Positions 7,527 through 16,232 of a DNA stretch of 59,375 bases are shown in pieces. Made by a program: the position numbers and the translations under genes. How positions within the stretch are numbered: position 1 is the stretch's first letter; each line of letters begins with the position of its first letter. The stretch covers positions 1 to 59,375 of the forward strand of contig JBDHUJ010000001.1 of assembly GCA_039809105.1 (NCBI GenBank), read 5' to 3'. The notes under the pieces are model-generated. The model searched no databases and was not told the DNA's origin. It was given only the letters and a program-made list of their open reading frames with translations. The DNA is from Candidatus Saccharimonadales bacterium. GTDB lineage: Bacteria; Patescibacteriota; Saccharimonadia; Saccharimonadales; UBA4665.

Positions 7527-9134
7527 TGATTGAATTAGAGCCTCGTAAGAGGCTTTTTTCATCTGTTGGGGCAAGGTTCCGACGCGGACTAACTCCGCTT
7601 CCATGGCTGCCTTAGTATCCACCACTGGCTGTAAGTATTTGATGGGCTTGATGAACACCTGACCGTCCATGTACACCAGCCGCTCGTTCAGCCCTGCTAG
7701 CACCGCTCGCTTGCGTTCGTCGCTGTCGCTCTCAAAGTCCTCTTTGGCATAGCGGGCGAAGTTAAAGAACTGGCGGGCACGTTCACGGGCTTGGCGGCTG
7801 CGTTCCTGCTGTTTAGTGCTGCTGGTCTGTGGGTCTTTGAGCTGCCGCTCTAGCTTGCTGCTCTTGGCGTCAAAAAACGCCTCGCTACAGCGTCCCGTGT
7901 AGAGCATCCGCTGTAAGCCGTATAGCTCAGTCTCAACGGCTTTTATAGCCTTACCTTGAGCCTTGTGCAGCTTCTCTAGGTCGGCTTCTTGCTCGTCGTT
8001 CCACTCGTTCAGATACTTACAGGCATACTGAAAGAAGTCGTCCATAATGGTGTACTTCTTGAGCTCGTCACGGATGAGCTTATTCATGGACGCTGGCTTG
8101 ATTTTCTGCTTATTAGAGCACGTGTAGTCCTTGCGGCGGTCTGTGCAGTAGCAGTACTCAAAGTATTGGCTCTCACCGTTCTTGTAGTGGCGTACCTTGC
8201 GGGCATAGGTGATTATGTAGCCACACTCGCCACACTCCACCAGCCCACGGTAAACATTGAAATAGTCGTACTCTGCCATCACGGTAGGGCGGTGGCGGTT
8301 ACTGACAGCTATCAGGCTCTGTACTCGGTCAAACTCCTCAGGCGTCACCATAGCGGGGTGGTTGCCGTGGTAGAGCTTGCCGCCGTAGATGAAGTCGGCT
8401 CGGTAAAACGGGTTATGAAACATGGCATACACGCCTGCCACGCTCAACGCCATGCCGCCCGTCTGCTTCCGCTGCACGGTCTTAAGCCCTAGCTCCTTGT
8501 CGGCTTTTCGGGCTATCTCGCTAGCGTTGTACATGCCGCTGAGCATCCAGTCCCACATTTTGCGGACTAACGCCCAGCGTTCAGGGTCGGCAATAATGAT
8601 TTTGCCTTGTAATGGGTCGTGGAAGTTTACATAACCGATGGGCGGTACGCCTGGGAACCAGCCCTTGTCAGCACGGCTGTACATACCACGGCGGACGTTC
8701 ACCATCAGCTCACGGACGTACTGGTTGCTCATGCTAGCCTCTACGCTAAAGATAATAGCGTTGTCAGATGGCAGGTAGACTTTATCGTTAGTGATGATGC
8801 ACTTAATCAGCCCGTCTTGTAAGAGCTGTTGTAGTACACCGCTTTCGGCTGGGTTGCGGGATAGGCGGTTAATCTGCCAGCAGATAATGGCGTCAATCTC
8901 GCCGCGGCGGATACGCTTAATCAGGCGGTCAAATTCTGGTCGGTTGCCTGGCGTTTTCGCCGATTTTTCCTCTTTGATGATATTAGCTTTTTTCAGCTTG
9001 ATGCCCAGGCTGGTGGCTTTCTTGCTCATGATGCCTACCTGGTCGCCGATGGACTGTACCTGCTTGCCTTTGTCCTCGGTGGATTTGCGGGCGTATAGCC
9101 CTGCGTTTAGTTCTCTGTAATTAACTTCGGTCAT
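7461..9134 (-). CDS. Large serine recombinase (integrase)
   Basis: N-terminal resolvase fold (GLYARKSTEDK, DAIICWQINRLSRN), recombinase domain, Cys-rich zinc ribbon (CGECGY...YCYCTDRRKDYTC) and a coiled-coil tail. The last ~30 codons are antisense to the tRNA terminator and tRNA-Arg. Confidence 0.9.
   Translation of the reverse strand: MTEVNYRELNAGLYARKSTEDKGKQVQSIGDQVGIMSKKATSLGIKLKKANIIKEEKSAKTPGNRPEFDRLIKRIRRGEIDAIICWQINRLSRNPAESGVLQQLLQDGLIKCIITNDKVYLPSDNAIIFSVEASMSNQYVRELMVNVRRGMYSRADKGWFPGVPPIGYVNFHDPLQGKIIIADPERWALVRKMWDWMLSGMYNASEIARKADKELGLKTVQRKQTGGMALSVAGVYAMFHNPFYRADFIYGGKLYHGNHPAMVTPEEFDRVQSLIAVSNRHRPTVMAEYDYFNVYRGLVECGECGYIITYARKVRHYKNGESQYFEYCYCTDRRKDYTCSNKQKIKPASMNKLIRDELKKYTIMDDFFQYACKYLNEWNDEQEADLEKLHKAQGKAIKAVETELYGLQRMLYTGRCSEAFFDAKSSKLERQLKDPQTSSTKQQERSRQARERARQFFNFARYAKEDFESDSDERKRAVLAGLNERLVYMDGQVFIKPIKYLQPVVDTKAAMEAELVRVGTLPQQMKKASYEALIQSWYTWQDSNLRPLAPQANALSS
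7539..7559 (+). terminator. Rho-independent terminator of tRNA-Arg
   Basis: AGCCTC-GTAA-GAGGCT followed by TTTTT. Confidence 0.75.
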
Positions 9135-9297
9135 TGGTTTATCTCCTTATATCAAAAGGACGGCTTGGTTGTTGACACGGTAGACTGCACAAAGCAATTT
9201 TCCGATACCAAGCCGCCCTTTCGGTGCGGAAATAAAAACGCTCCGTGCGTTATTATCTATCGTGTCAACAGTTACTATTATAGTCCTAAGGTGCTAA

Positions 9298-9501
9298 CTA
9301 CTCAACAGCGGTGCTATCAGTAGTATCGTCAGTTGTACTCTTAACAACTTTGTGTATGATGTGCGTGAGCGGCTGGATGGTCGCCACGAACTTGATGAGG
9401 TCTAGAGCGTCACGCTCGGCTTCCTCGTCGGTCAGGTCGGTGCCGTAGTGTTTGCGGTGCAGTGCCCGAAACTCGGCTATGGCTTCATCGCTTAGTCTCA
9501 T
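9298..9501 (-). CDS. Hypothetical small acidic protein (island)
   Basis: 67-aa ORF co-oriented with the integrase. No recognisable motif. Confidence 0.45.
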   Translation of the reverse strand: MRLSDEAIAEFRALHRKHYGTDLTDEEAERDALDLIKFVATIQPLTHIIHKVVKSTTDDTTDSTAVE

Positions 9502-9643
9502 GGCTGAACTCCACGGACAATGCCACCGTTATAGCTACCGCTACAAACAAGTACCCCTACATTAAACAGAACCTTTATATAGGTATATGTAACCCTAATA
9601 TAGATACCTTTATAGAGAGATACTATATAGCCCTGTAAGGTTC

Positions 9644-10030
9644 TCATTGGTGGTACCCCCTGGGCTGTTGGCGGGTGCTGTAGTCCTGGCTGGCTGGGAA
9701 TAGTCCTTGTGGGCTATTGCTCGGCTCAGTCGGCGGCGGTGCGATGGCGGCGTCTGTGTCGTCGTTCCGTTCCGCCTCTCTGACCGCTTCTAGGCACGCC
9801 TGTTCAATTTCCTGCCACAACGTGCAGCTCTTATCAAACTCAGGCGTCGTCAGCCACTTACCCTTTACATTGGTGGCGGGCGGTTGCACCCACCAGCCGC
9901 TCATATTCCTATCGGAACGAACGGCACGGAAGCCATCTATGTATAGCCCCAGGTCAAGGACTGATACCTTGAGCCTGTAGCCATCCTTGATGGCAGCCCT
10001 GACCTCCACGCTGATGGAGTGTATTGTCAT
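9644..10030 (-). CDS. Hypothetical protein (island)
   Basis: 128-aa ORF. The beta-rich N-terminal half (ISVEVRAAIKDGYRLKVSVLDLGLYIDGFRAV) faintly resembles SpoVG-like folds. Unverified. Confidence 0.45.
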   Translation of the reverse strand: MTIHSISVEVRAAIKDGYRLKVSVLDLGLYIDGFRAVRSDRNMSGWWVQPPATNVKGKWLTTPEFDKSCTLWQEIEQACLEAVREAERNDDTDAAIAPPPTEPSNSPQGLFPASQDYSTRQQPRGYHQ

Positions 10031-10165
10031 AGGCAGTTCTCCTTATGAAAAGTCCCCCGACGGAATGGCTATCTGTCAGGGGACTATTTAAGCCATTCCA
10101 CCTCTTATTCAATAGGAAAAACACCCATAAAACGGGTGCTATTTAAGGTTCGCTTAAGTGACTGG

Positions 10166-10735
10166 CTAAAACTGCTTCTTGTATCTGTTGTAGTAACGCT
10201 CCAGGCTATCCGCGTCGCCATACTGGTTATTTGAGCCTTTGTAGCCAGGAAGCTTGCCGTTGCTGTAGAGCTTAAAGATTGCGGGGAACGTCATGCCATG
10301 CTGACGGCACTTGAATACGGCATATAGCAACGACGGGTTCTCTGGCGGCTTACGCTTGGTCGGCACGACAGTCGTCGGGAATAGCGTATCCCGTAGGCTC
10401 TCAAAACGTTGCCACTCTTCTAGCAACTCGGCTCTAGTAGTAGTCGGCTCAAACGTGATACTGAACTGCTTAGCGTCAGGGTCAAACCTCATGTTAGTAG
10501 TTTTAGTCTGATTTTCCAGGTACAGCGGCAACATGAATAAGTTGATGTCGGCAACACCAATTAGGTAGCTCTTAGCCAGGCTCCGCTTATACCCCTCAAT
10601 CTGCTTTGGCGTGCTGTTAGGTCGCTTTTCAAGCTCAGCCAGCACTCGTATAGCTCGCTTGAAGTCGGCGTCGTGGTAGACGTGGTACACATGCCAGTCA
10701 TGGGCAGATTTCAGTCTTTGCGTGTTGCTAGCCAT
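10166..10735 (-). CDS. Hypothetical protein (island)
   Basis: 189-aa ORF, co-oriented, with no recognisable motif. Confidence 0.5.
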   Translation of the reverse strand: MASNTQRLKSAHDWHVYHVYHDADFKRAIRVLAELEKRPNSTPKQIEGYKRSLAKSYLIGVADINLFMLPLYLENQTKTTNMRFDPDAKQFSITFEPTTTRAELLEEWQRFESLRDTLFPTTVVPTKRKPPENPSLLYAVFKCRQHGMTFPAIFKLYSNGKLPGYKGSNNQYGDADSLERYYNRYKKQF

Positions 10736-10765
10736 TCCACTAAGAATGGTAGCACTCTAAAATGC

Positions 10766-11155
10766 TTACGCGGTAGCCCCGCTCAAGTCCACGTTCAGCG
10801 TTACGACTGTGGGTGTTGCGTCAGGGCGTTGCAGTAGCATGTTGTACGCCTTCATGGTCATTTCCATGGCTTTGAGCTTAATGATGGTTGGTTCGCTGTC
10901 GTCGTTAATAATAGCTGTTAGCTCAGCCATAATCTGTTCAGGCGATATTGCTGTAGTAGCCATTTGTCCGATGTTTTCCGATAACCAGTCAGGCTGTAGG
11001 TGGTTGAAGTTGCGGGCAGTCTGTATGGAGTAGCCAGCAGCTAAGGCACTTTGGTATGAGTTACCGAACGTCGGGCTAGCGGGGTCATGGTAGCCGTGCA
11101 AGTACTGGCTCTGGCGGGGCGTAAGGGCTGTTGCTTTTGTTTTGATACTTTTCAT
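10766..11155 (-). CDS. Phage terminase small-subunit-like HTH protein (Terminase_2 type)
   Basis: LTPRQSQYLHGY...GNSYQSALAAGYSIQTARNFNHL matches the usual TerS N-terminal HTH pattern (LTpkQ..F...Y...GN...Aa..AGYS..tA). Confidence 0.55.
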   Translation of the reverse strand: MKSIKTKATALTPRQSQYLHGYHDPASPTFGNSYQSALAAGYSIQTARNFNHLQPDWLSENIGQMATTAISPEQIMAELTAIINDDSEPTIIKLKAMEMTMKAYNMLLQRPDATPTVVTLNVDLSGATA

Positions 11156-11223
11156 GTTTACTCCAGGCTCGTTACCTCTGAATAATTATAACCATCCCTT
11201 TACGATTTAGATATACTGTAGAT

Positions 11224-12684
11224 ATGAATACAGCAGCTACATCATCCAAGAAACAGCTTAAGCCAGCACCTGACGCACCCCTAGGGGTCAAATACGCCCT
11301 GACTGTACCACAGTCGGTACTGTTTGCAGACCTTAGCTTACAGGGCAATTTACGTGAGTATTTTGTTGAGGCGATGGGCTTGGATTACGAACCTGCTTAT
11401 ATCGCCATTGACGCTGGCGGGGCTATGAGCTGGAACTATGACAATGACACCGTATTTAACACCGCCTTCACATCAGACCGCTCTATTGCTGACGCTGTAA
11501 CCGCTTTTATCGCCACCATGGGCACCACCGCCCGTAAGCTTGACCGCCGTAGCACGCTCGGTGTAGCAGCTCTCAGGCGTCAAGGTAACGCTGACGACGT
11601 TTTAGCCGACTTGCAAGAGTTCTGGCACGCTTACAAACTGCACATGACAAGCTTATTTACCTTTTGGAATGCAGAGGCTCTACTAGGCAAGGCGATTGCT
11701 GATGAGGTACAAGCGGCTGGGCTAGACGCTGACCAGGCAGAGCTAGACAAGTTCATAAAGTCACGGGAAACAAACCAGTTTGTACGAGAACGCCGCCTGT
11801 TTGAGCGACTGGTGCAGCGATTTGCTGGCAGTGAGCCAGTCACAAAGGAAAATGCCACACCAGAGCTTATCGCCGCGTTACAGCACCATGCCCGTGAGTT
11901 CAGCTTCTTACTGACGCCGTTTAACCTTGGTAATAAGCCTACGGCTGACGCCTTACTAGAGCGGGTTGCTGAAGTGCAGAGCTCGCCTACCACCGAAGCA
12001 GAGCCTAAGCTGCCAGACCTGCCAACGACACCCCAACTCAAGAAGCTTATAGACCTGCTGCAACAGCTCACGTTCTGGAAAAATGAGCGGTTAGACGTAC
12101 TGTCTATGGCTGATGCTCGCATGGAGCTACTGTATCAAGCTGCCGCCGAAGTGCTGGACATACCGCTGAACACACTATTTGCCATGACGTGCTCTGAAAT
12201 TGAGCAGTCACTTGCAAAAGGTGCAGTAGCTGTAGACCAAGGCGTACTCTCTAACCGCCTACAGACTTATTGCCTCATTCTTTCTGAGGGTACTATTGAT
12301 TTCTACCAGCCCTCAGGGCAGCCAGCTAAGCAAAGTGCTATACCACAAGCTGAGATAGGTGCCGAGCTACAAGGCGTGGTAGCTTCTAAGGGTATTGCCA
12401 GCGGCACCGTCAGAGTTATTGAAAGCGATGCTGACCTTGCAGCCCTACAGTCAGGTGATATTCTCGTTACCACGATGACCCGCCCTGAGTATGGGGCAGC
12501 CCTAGACCGAGCGGCAGCCTTTGTGACTGATGAGGGCGGTATGCTATGCCACGCTGCCATCATATCCCGTGAGATGGGCAAGCCATGTATCACGAACACT
12601 GAGTTTGGTACAAAAGTTTTACGTACTGGTATGGCTGTGACGGTTGATGCTGACCGAGGCGTCGTAACTATTGATAAGCTATGA
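11224..12684 (+). CDS. PEP-utilising-enzyme mobile (phosphohistidine swivel) domain protein lacking an ATP-grasp
   Basis: C-terminal ILVTTMTRPEYGAALDRAAAFVTDEGGMLCHAAIISREMGKPCI follows a roughly 350-aa helical region. Its stop overlaps the next start (ATGA). Confidence 0.78.
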   Translation: MNTAATSSKKQLKPAPDAPLGVKYALTVPQSVLFADLSLQGNLREYFVEAMGLDYEPAYIAIDAGGAMSWNYDNDTVFNTAFTSDRSIADAVTAFIATMGTTARKLDRRSTLGVAALRRQGNADDVLADLQEFWHAYKLHMTSLFTFWNAEALLGKAIADEVQAAGLDADQAELDKFIKSRETNQFVRERRLFERLVQRFAGSEPVTKENATPELIAALQHHAREFSFLLTPFNLGNKPTADALLERVAEVQSSPTTEAEPKLPDLPTTPQLKKLIDLLQQLTFWKNERLDVLSMADARMELLYQAAAEVLDIPLNTLFAMTCSEIEQSLAKGAVAVDQGVLSNRLQTYCLILSEGTIDFYQPSGQPAKQSAIPQAEIGAELQGVVASKGIASGTVRVIESDADLAALQSGDILVTTMTRPEYGAALDRAAAFVTDEGGMLCHAAIISREMGKPCITNTEFGTKVLRTGMAVTVDADRGVVTIDKL

Positions 12685-15011
12685 GCTCGCTTGTCCGAGA
12701 CTTGCATGACGTAACGGCGGCTGACCGTGCCGCTGTCGGTGGTAAGGCGGCTTCACTTGGTGAGCTGCTAAAGCTCGGCGTACAGGTACCGACTGGCTTT
12801 GTTATTACGACTAAGGCATACGGAACCAGCGTCAGTGGACAGCTTGCAGATGAAATACTAGCCAGCTTTGATAAGCTCGGTGCCGAACGAGTAGCCGTCC
12901 GCTCGTCAGCGGTCGCCGAGGATGCAGCGGCAGCTTCATGGGCTGGTCAGCTAGATACGTACCTCAACGTAAAACGTGCTGGGCTCTTACAAGCTATTGC
13001 CGACTGTTGGCAGTCTATAGAAAGTGACCATGCCAAGGCGTATGCCGAGAAAAACAACATACAGCAATCAGAGCGAGCAGTTGCGGTGGTGGTTCAAGCG
13101 ATGGTGGACGCTGATACAGCGGGCGTATTGTTCACCGCTAACCCTGTTACTAACGACGTGAGCCAGTGTGTCATAGAAGCAGTGTACGGGCTTGGCGAGT
13201 TGCTGGTGCAAGGTGCTGTCACGCCTGAAACATTTATTGTCACGAAAGATACAGGAGCTGTTGCCGAACACACACCACATCGTCAGCGAACCAAGCTAGC
13301 GTATAAAGACGGCAGCAATACTGAGCTGCCGCTGACCGATACTGAGACAAGTGCTGAGATTTTACAATCAGCTCAAGTCTCAGAACTTGTAAAACAAGCT
13401 CAGATAATTGAGCAACACTACGGCAAGCCGCAAGATATTGAGTGGGCATTTTCTGGCAAGAAGCTGTTTATTGTTCAGTCCCGTGCGATTACCACTATCA
13501 GTACTGCCAGCAGCATAGAGTGGGCAACGACGGTTGCTCGCCGTCACACGCCCCTATTTCTAAGTCTCGCTGTCTCAGGGCAAGATAGTAAACTCATTAA
13601 ACAACAGACTGGCTTACCAATATCTTTTACCCATATACGGCGGAATGGTTTAGCGTTCCAATTTGATAAACAAGAGTTGGCAGCCGCCAGAGCGGTGGTG
13701 CATGCAGCCGTTGAGAAAGACGGGCTGACTTTCTTTGAGACATACGCTGACCGCTGCTACCAATCATGCCAGAAGTTGCTAGAGACCGCCGAAAAAGTAG
13801 CCCAGACACCGTTAGCCTCATCACCTGAGGCAGCTAAGAAGCAGTTGCAGCCTTACTTTGAGGCGGCAGTATCACACGCCAGCCATTTACTAGTGATGAT
13901 ACTAGTGCAGTTTGAGCTAGAGGATTTTCTGAACGCCTTTGTAGGCGGCAAGATTACTGATAAGAAACACTCTGAAAAAGTAGTTGCGGCACTTAAGATG
14001 GCGACTGAGCGTACCCATGAAGTACTTAACGCCAGAGGACTATTAGTGCTCGGTCAATTAGTACAGGAAGCCGTCCCTGATTATAAAAAATGGATTACGA
14101 CAGACCCTGACGAGCTGAGTTTCTGGAACGCTAACGAGTACGCTTACATCTGGGATAGTATCGCTGACTTTACGGGCACGTATGGCTGGATGGGACGGAT
14201 GTACTACGCTGGCGACCCCATAACCTTGAATGATGCAATCATAAGATTACAAAACGTCCTGCGTGAGAGCTGTGCGAAAGAACTAGAAGCGATAGACGCC
14301 CATCGTATCCGGCAGCTAGCCGAGCGGAAACAAGCTATTGCGGCACTCGGCAATAATAAAGAGGCAAAGTTGCTGGCTGAAACCGTTGCCCGCTATATGT
14401 ATCTGCGAACCTACCGCCTTGACGTGTTCTTTATGGCTCATGAACGCATGATAGACATGCTACAGAATGTTGCTCGCCTCTTAGGGCTAGCGGACGTGCA
14501 AGAGCTTATTTATCTTAGCTGGCAAGAAGTTACTGCTGGGCTAGAGGGTAAGCTATCCGCTCAAACCTTACAAGCCGCTGCCAATGAACGCCGATACGGT
14601 TACGAGATGCTCTCTATGGCTGGTAATACTGAATGGGCGGCAAGTAAAGTTAATACAGCCGCCAACGTTACCGATACAGCCGTTACTAGCCTAAAAGGAG
14701 TGACGGCTAACATTGGCAACCGTCAGGGACAGGTACGACTTGTGCTAGATGATAAAGCCATGCAAGATATGCAGCCAGGGGAGGTACTTGTTACCACCAT
14801 GACTACGCCAAGCCTTATGCTGGCAGTTGAGAAAGCTGGAGCTATAGTAACCGATGAAGGCGGCATGCTTTGTCATGCTGCCATTGTCAGCCGTGAGTTC
14901 AATATACCTTGCGTAATAGGCACCGAGACCGCTACCAAGTCTCTCAGGACTGGCGATACTGTAAAAGTTGAGGCTAGCAAGGGGCTTGTCTCCGTACTGG
15001 AACGAGCATAA
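12681..15011 (+). CDS. PEP synthase/PPDK-like phosphotransferase with rifampicin-phosphotransferase-type architecture (ATP-grasp + middle domain + His swivel, no TIM barrel)
   Basis: PPDK_N motifs VGGKAASLGEL, RVAVRSSAVAEDAAAASWAGQ, AVVVQAMVDADTAGVLFTANP and DIEWAF..LFIVQSRAIT. C-terminal VLVTTMTTPSLMLAVEKAGAIVTDEGGMLCHAAIVSREFNIPCV. Confidence 0.85.
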   Translation: MSSLVRDLHDVTAADRAAVGGKAASLGELLKLGVQVPTGFVITTKAYGTSVSGQLADEILASFDKLGAERVAVRSSAVAEDAAAASWAGQLDTYLNVKRAGLLQAIADCWQSIESDHAKAYAEKNNIQQSERAVAVVVQAMVDADTAGVLFTANPVTNDVSQCVIEAVYGLGELLVQGAVTPETFIVTKDTGAVAEHTPHRQRTKLAYKDGSNTELPLTDTETSAEILQSAQVSELVKQAQIIEQHYGKPQDIEWAFSGKKLFIVQSRAITTISTASSIEWATTVARRHTPLFLSLAVSGQDSKLIKQQTGLPISFTHIRRNGLAFQFDKQELAAARAVVHAAVEKDGLTFFETYADRCYQSCQKLLETAEKVAQTPLASSPEAAKKQLQPYFEAAVSHASHLLVMILVQFELEDFLNAFVGGKITDKKHSEKVVAALKMATERTHEVLNARGLLVLGQLVQEAVPDYKKWITTDPDELSFWNANEYAYIWDSIADFTGTYGWMGRMYYAGDPITLNDAIIRLQNVLRESCAKELEAIDAHRIRQLAERKQAIAALGNNKEAKLLAETVARYMYLRTYRLDVFFMAHERMIDMLQNVARLLGLADVQELIYLSWQEVTAGLEGKLSAQTLQAAANERRYGYEMLSMAGNTEWAASKVNTAANVTDTAVTSLKGVTANIGNRQGQVRLVLDDKAMQDMQPGEVLVTTMTTPSLMLAVEKAGAIVTDEGGMLCHAAIVSREFNIPCVIGTETATKSLRTGDTVKVEASKGLVSVLERA

Positions 15012-15296
15012 GCCGCCTGGAAAGAGACAGCCAAACATTATAGCTTTCGCTATATATTATAGATTTGCGATGGTACCAACAAAAGGCACCACAGGCGGGG
15101 GCATGGCGGGAAGTTCCAACGTTGTACACAAAAATTGCGTAAACGCCCACGCCGCCGCCCGTGGTGTCGTCTGAATTAAGCTGTTACTATACCTATATCA
15201 CCTTGAATGAGAGTTACAACTTCTCTAACCACTGTGTACCAAAGAGATTTAATTAGTAGACGTCCGAACGGCGTCTATTTTGCTATTATTAAAAGT

Positions 15297-16142
15297 ATGA
15301 AAGTTGAACTTATTGGATCTGGCGGCTGGGATGGATTGCCTTCGGTATTTTGTAGGTGTTCGGTGTGCCAGGAGGCAAAGAATAATCTTAGTTCAAAAAA
15401 CCGCCGAACCAGACCCCTGCTAAAGATTAGTGGGCATAGTGAGAGCTTTTGTCTTGATATTGGTCCTGACTTTCGAGATCAATCCTCTCGTTTTGATTTG
15501 GAAGTAGATACTTTTTTTGTAAGCCATTGGCACTACGACCATCTTTTTGGAATTTATGAACTTGGGGCGTGGTTTGGGCTCAAGCTTAATAAGAAACCAG
15601 TCGTTTATTGTTCGCGGGGAACAGAAAAGTATATTCAGGAGCACATGGGGTTTATGGACTTGGATATACGAGTTCTAAATGCTTATGAATCAGTACAGAT
15701 TGAGGGAGTAACTGTAATACCAATTCCCGTATATCACATGCGCTCACGAGATGAGGAAAAAAGTACGAATGATCTGGATACACTTGGCTTCATCATAGAT
15801 GATAAACAAACTAAGATCGCCTATCTCGCAGACTACTATAGGCTACCTGAAAAGACTCAGGAACTTGTTAGTCAGTGCGATTTGGTAGTTGCCGATGGAA
15901 CATACTTGCTTGAAGATCAATATCCAAACGAAGCACTTCGTAATGCCTTCAAAGAGTACAGCGATCCAGACCATATGCATGGAAACGACATTCTTGCTTT
16001 TACTAAGTCGCTAGAGATGCCGATTGTATTTCATTCAATCACTCATTTGCCCGAAATGAGTCATGATAGCATGCAACAAATGATGCCCAATAATCACGTT
16101 ATTGGCTATGATGGCATGGATATTACAAGCTTACTTAAATAA
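15297..16142 (+). CDS. MBL-fold phosphodiesterase, PhnP/PqqB-like
   Basis: MKVELIGSGGWDGLPSVFCRCSVCQ...NRRTRP (Cys/zinc motif as in PhnP) and HWHYDH. ORF track start is 15207; ATG 15297 is preferred by analogy with PhnP N-termini. Markedly AT-rich. Confidence 0.78.
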   Translation: MKVELIGSGGWDGLPSVFCRCSVCQEAKNNLSSKNRRTRPLLKISGHSESFCLDIGPDFRDQSSRFDLEVDTFFVSHWHYDHLFGIYELGAWFGLKLNKKPVVYCSRGTEKYIQEHMGFMDLDIRVLNAYESVQIEGVTVIPIPVYHMRSRDEEKSTNDLDTLGFIIDDKQTKIAYLADYYRLPEKTQELVSQCDLVVADGTYLLEDQYPNEALRNAFKEYSDPDHMHGNDILAFTKSLEMPIVFHSITHLPEMSHDSMQQMMPNNHVIGYDGMDITSLLK

Positions 16143-16185
16143 TAGTAAATCGGTTCTAATTTCGTTAATAATGCTATACCAAGAA

Positions 16186-16212
16186 AAAGCCCCAAAATTT
16201 ACTTGGGGCTTT
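16186..16212. terminator. Bidirectional hairpin terminator
   Basis: AAAGCCCCA-aaatttact-TGGGGCTTT lies between the convergent genes ending at 16142 and 16233. Confidence 0.75.
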
Positions 16213-16232
16213 CTCTTATTGCCGCGTTCGGC

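Larger units (their letters stand above)
7527..16215. mobile_element. Integrated element (satellite/prophage-remnant-like) next to tRNA-Arg; boundaries approximate
   Basis: Holds a serine integrase, a TerS-like gene, orphan ORFs and compositionally mosaic cargo. Bounded by the tRNA on the left and a bidirectional terminator on the right. Confidence 0.55.

Noticed and set aside
9170-9268. Inverted repeat GTTGACACGGTAG / CTATCGTGTCAAC upstream of the integrase, considered as an attP-like core
   Set aside because: An intact attP should not exist in the integrated state. It is more likely an operator or 5' UTR structure of the integrase gene. Support is too weak to call.
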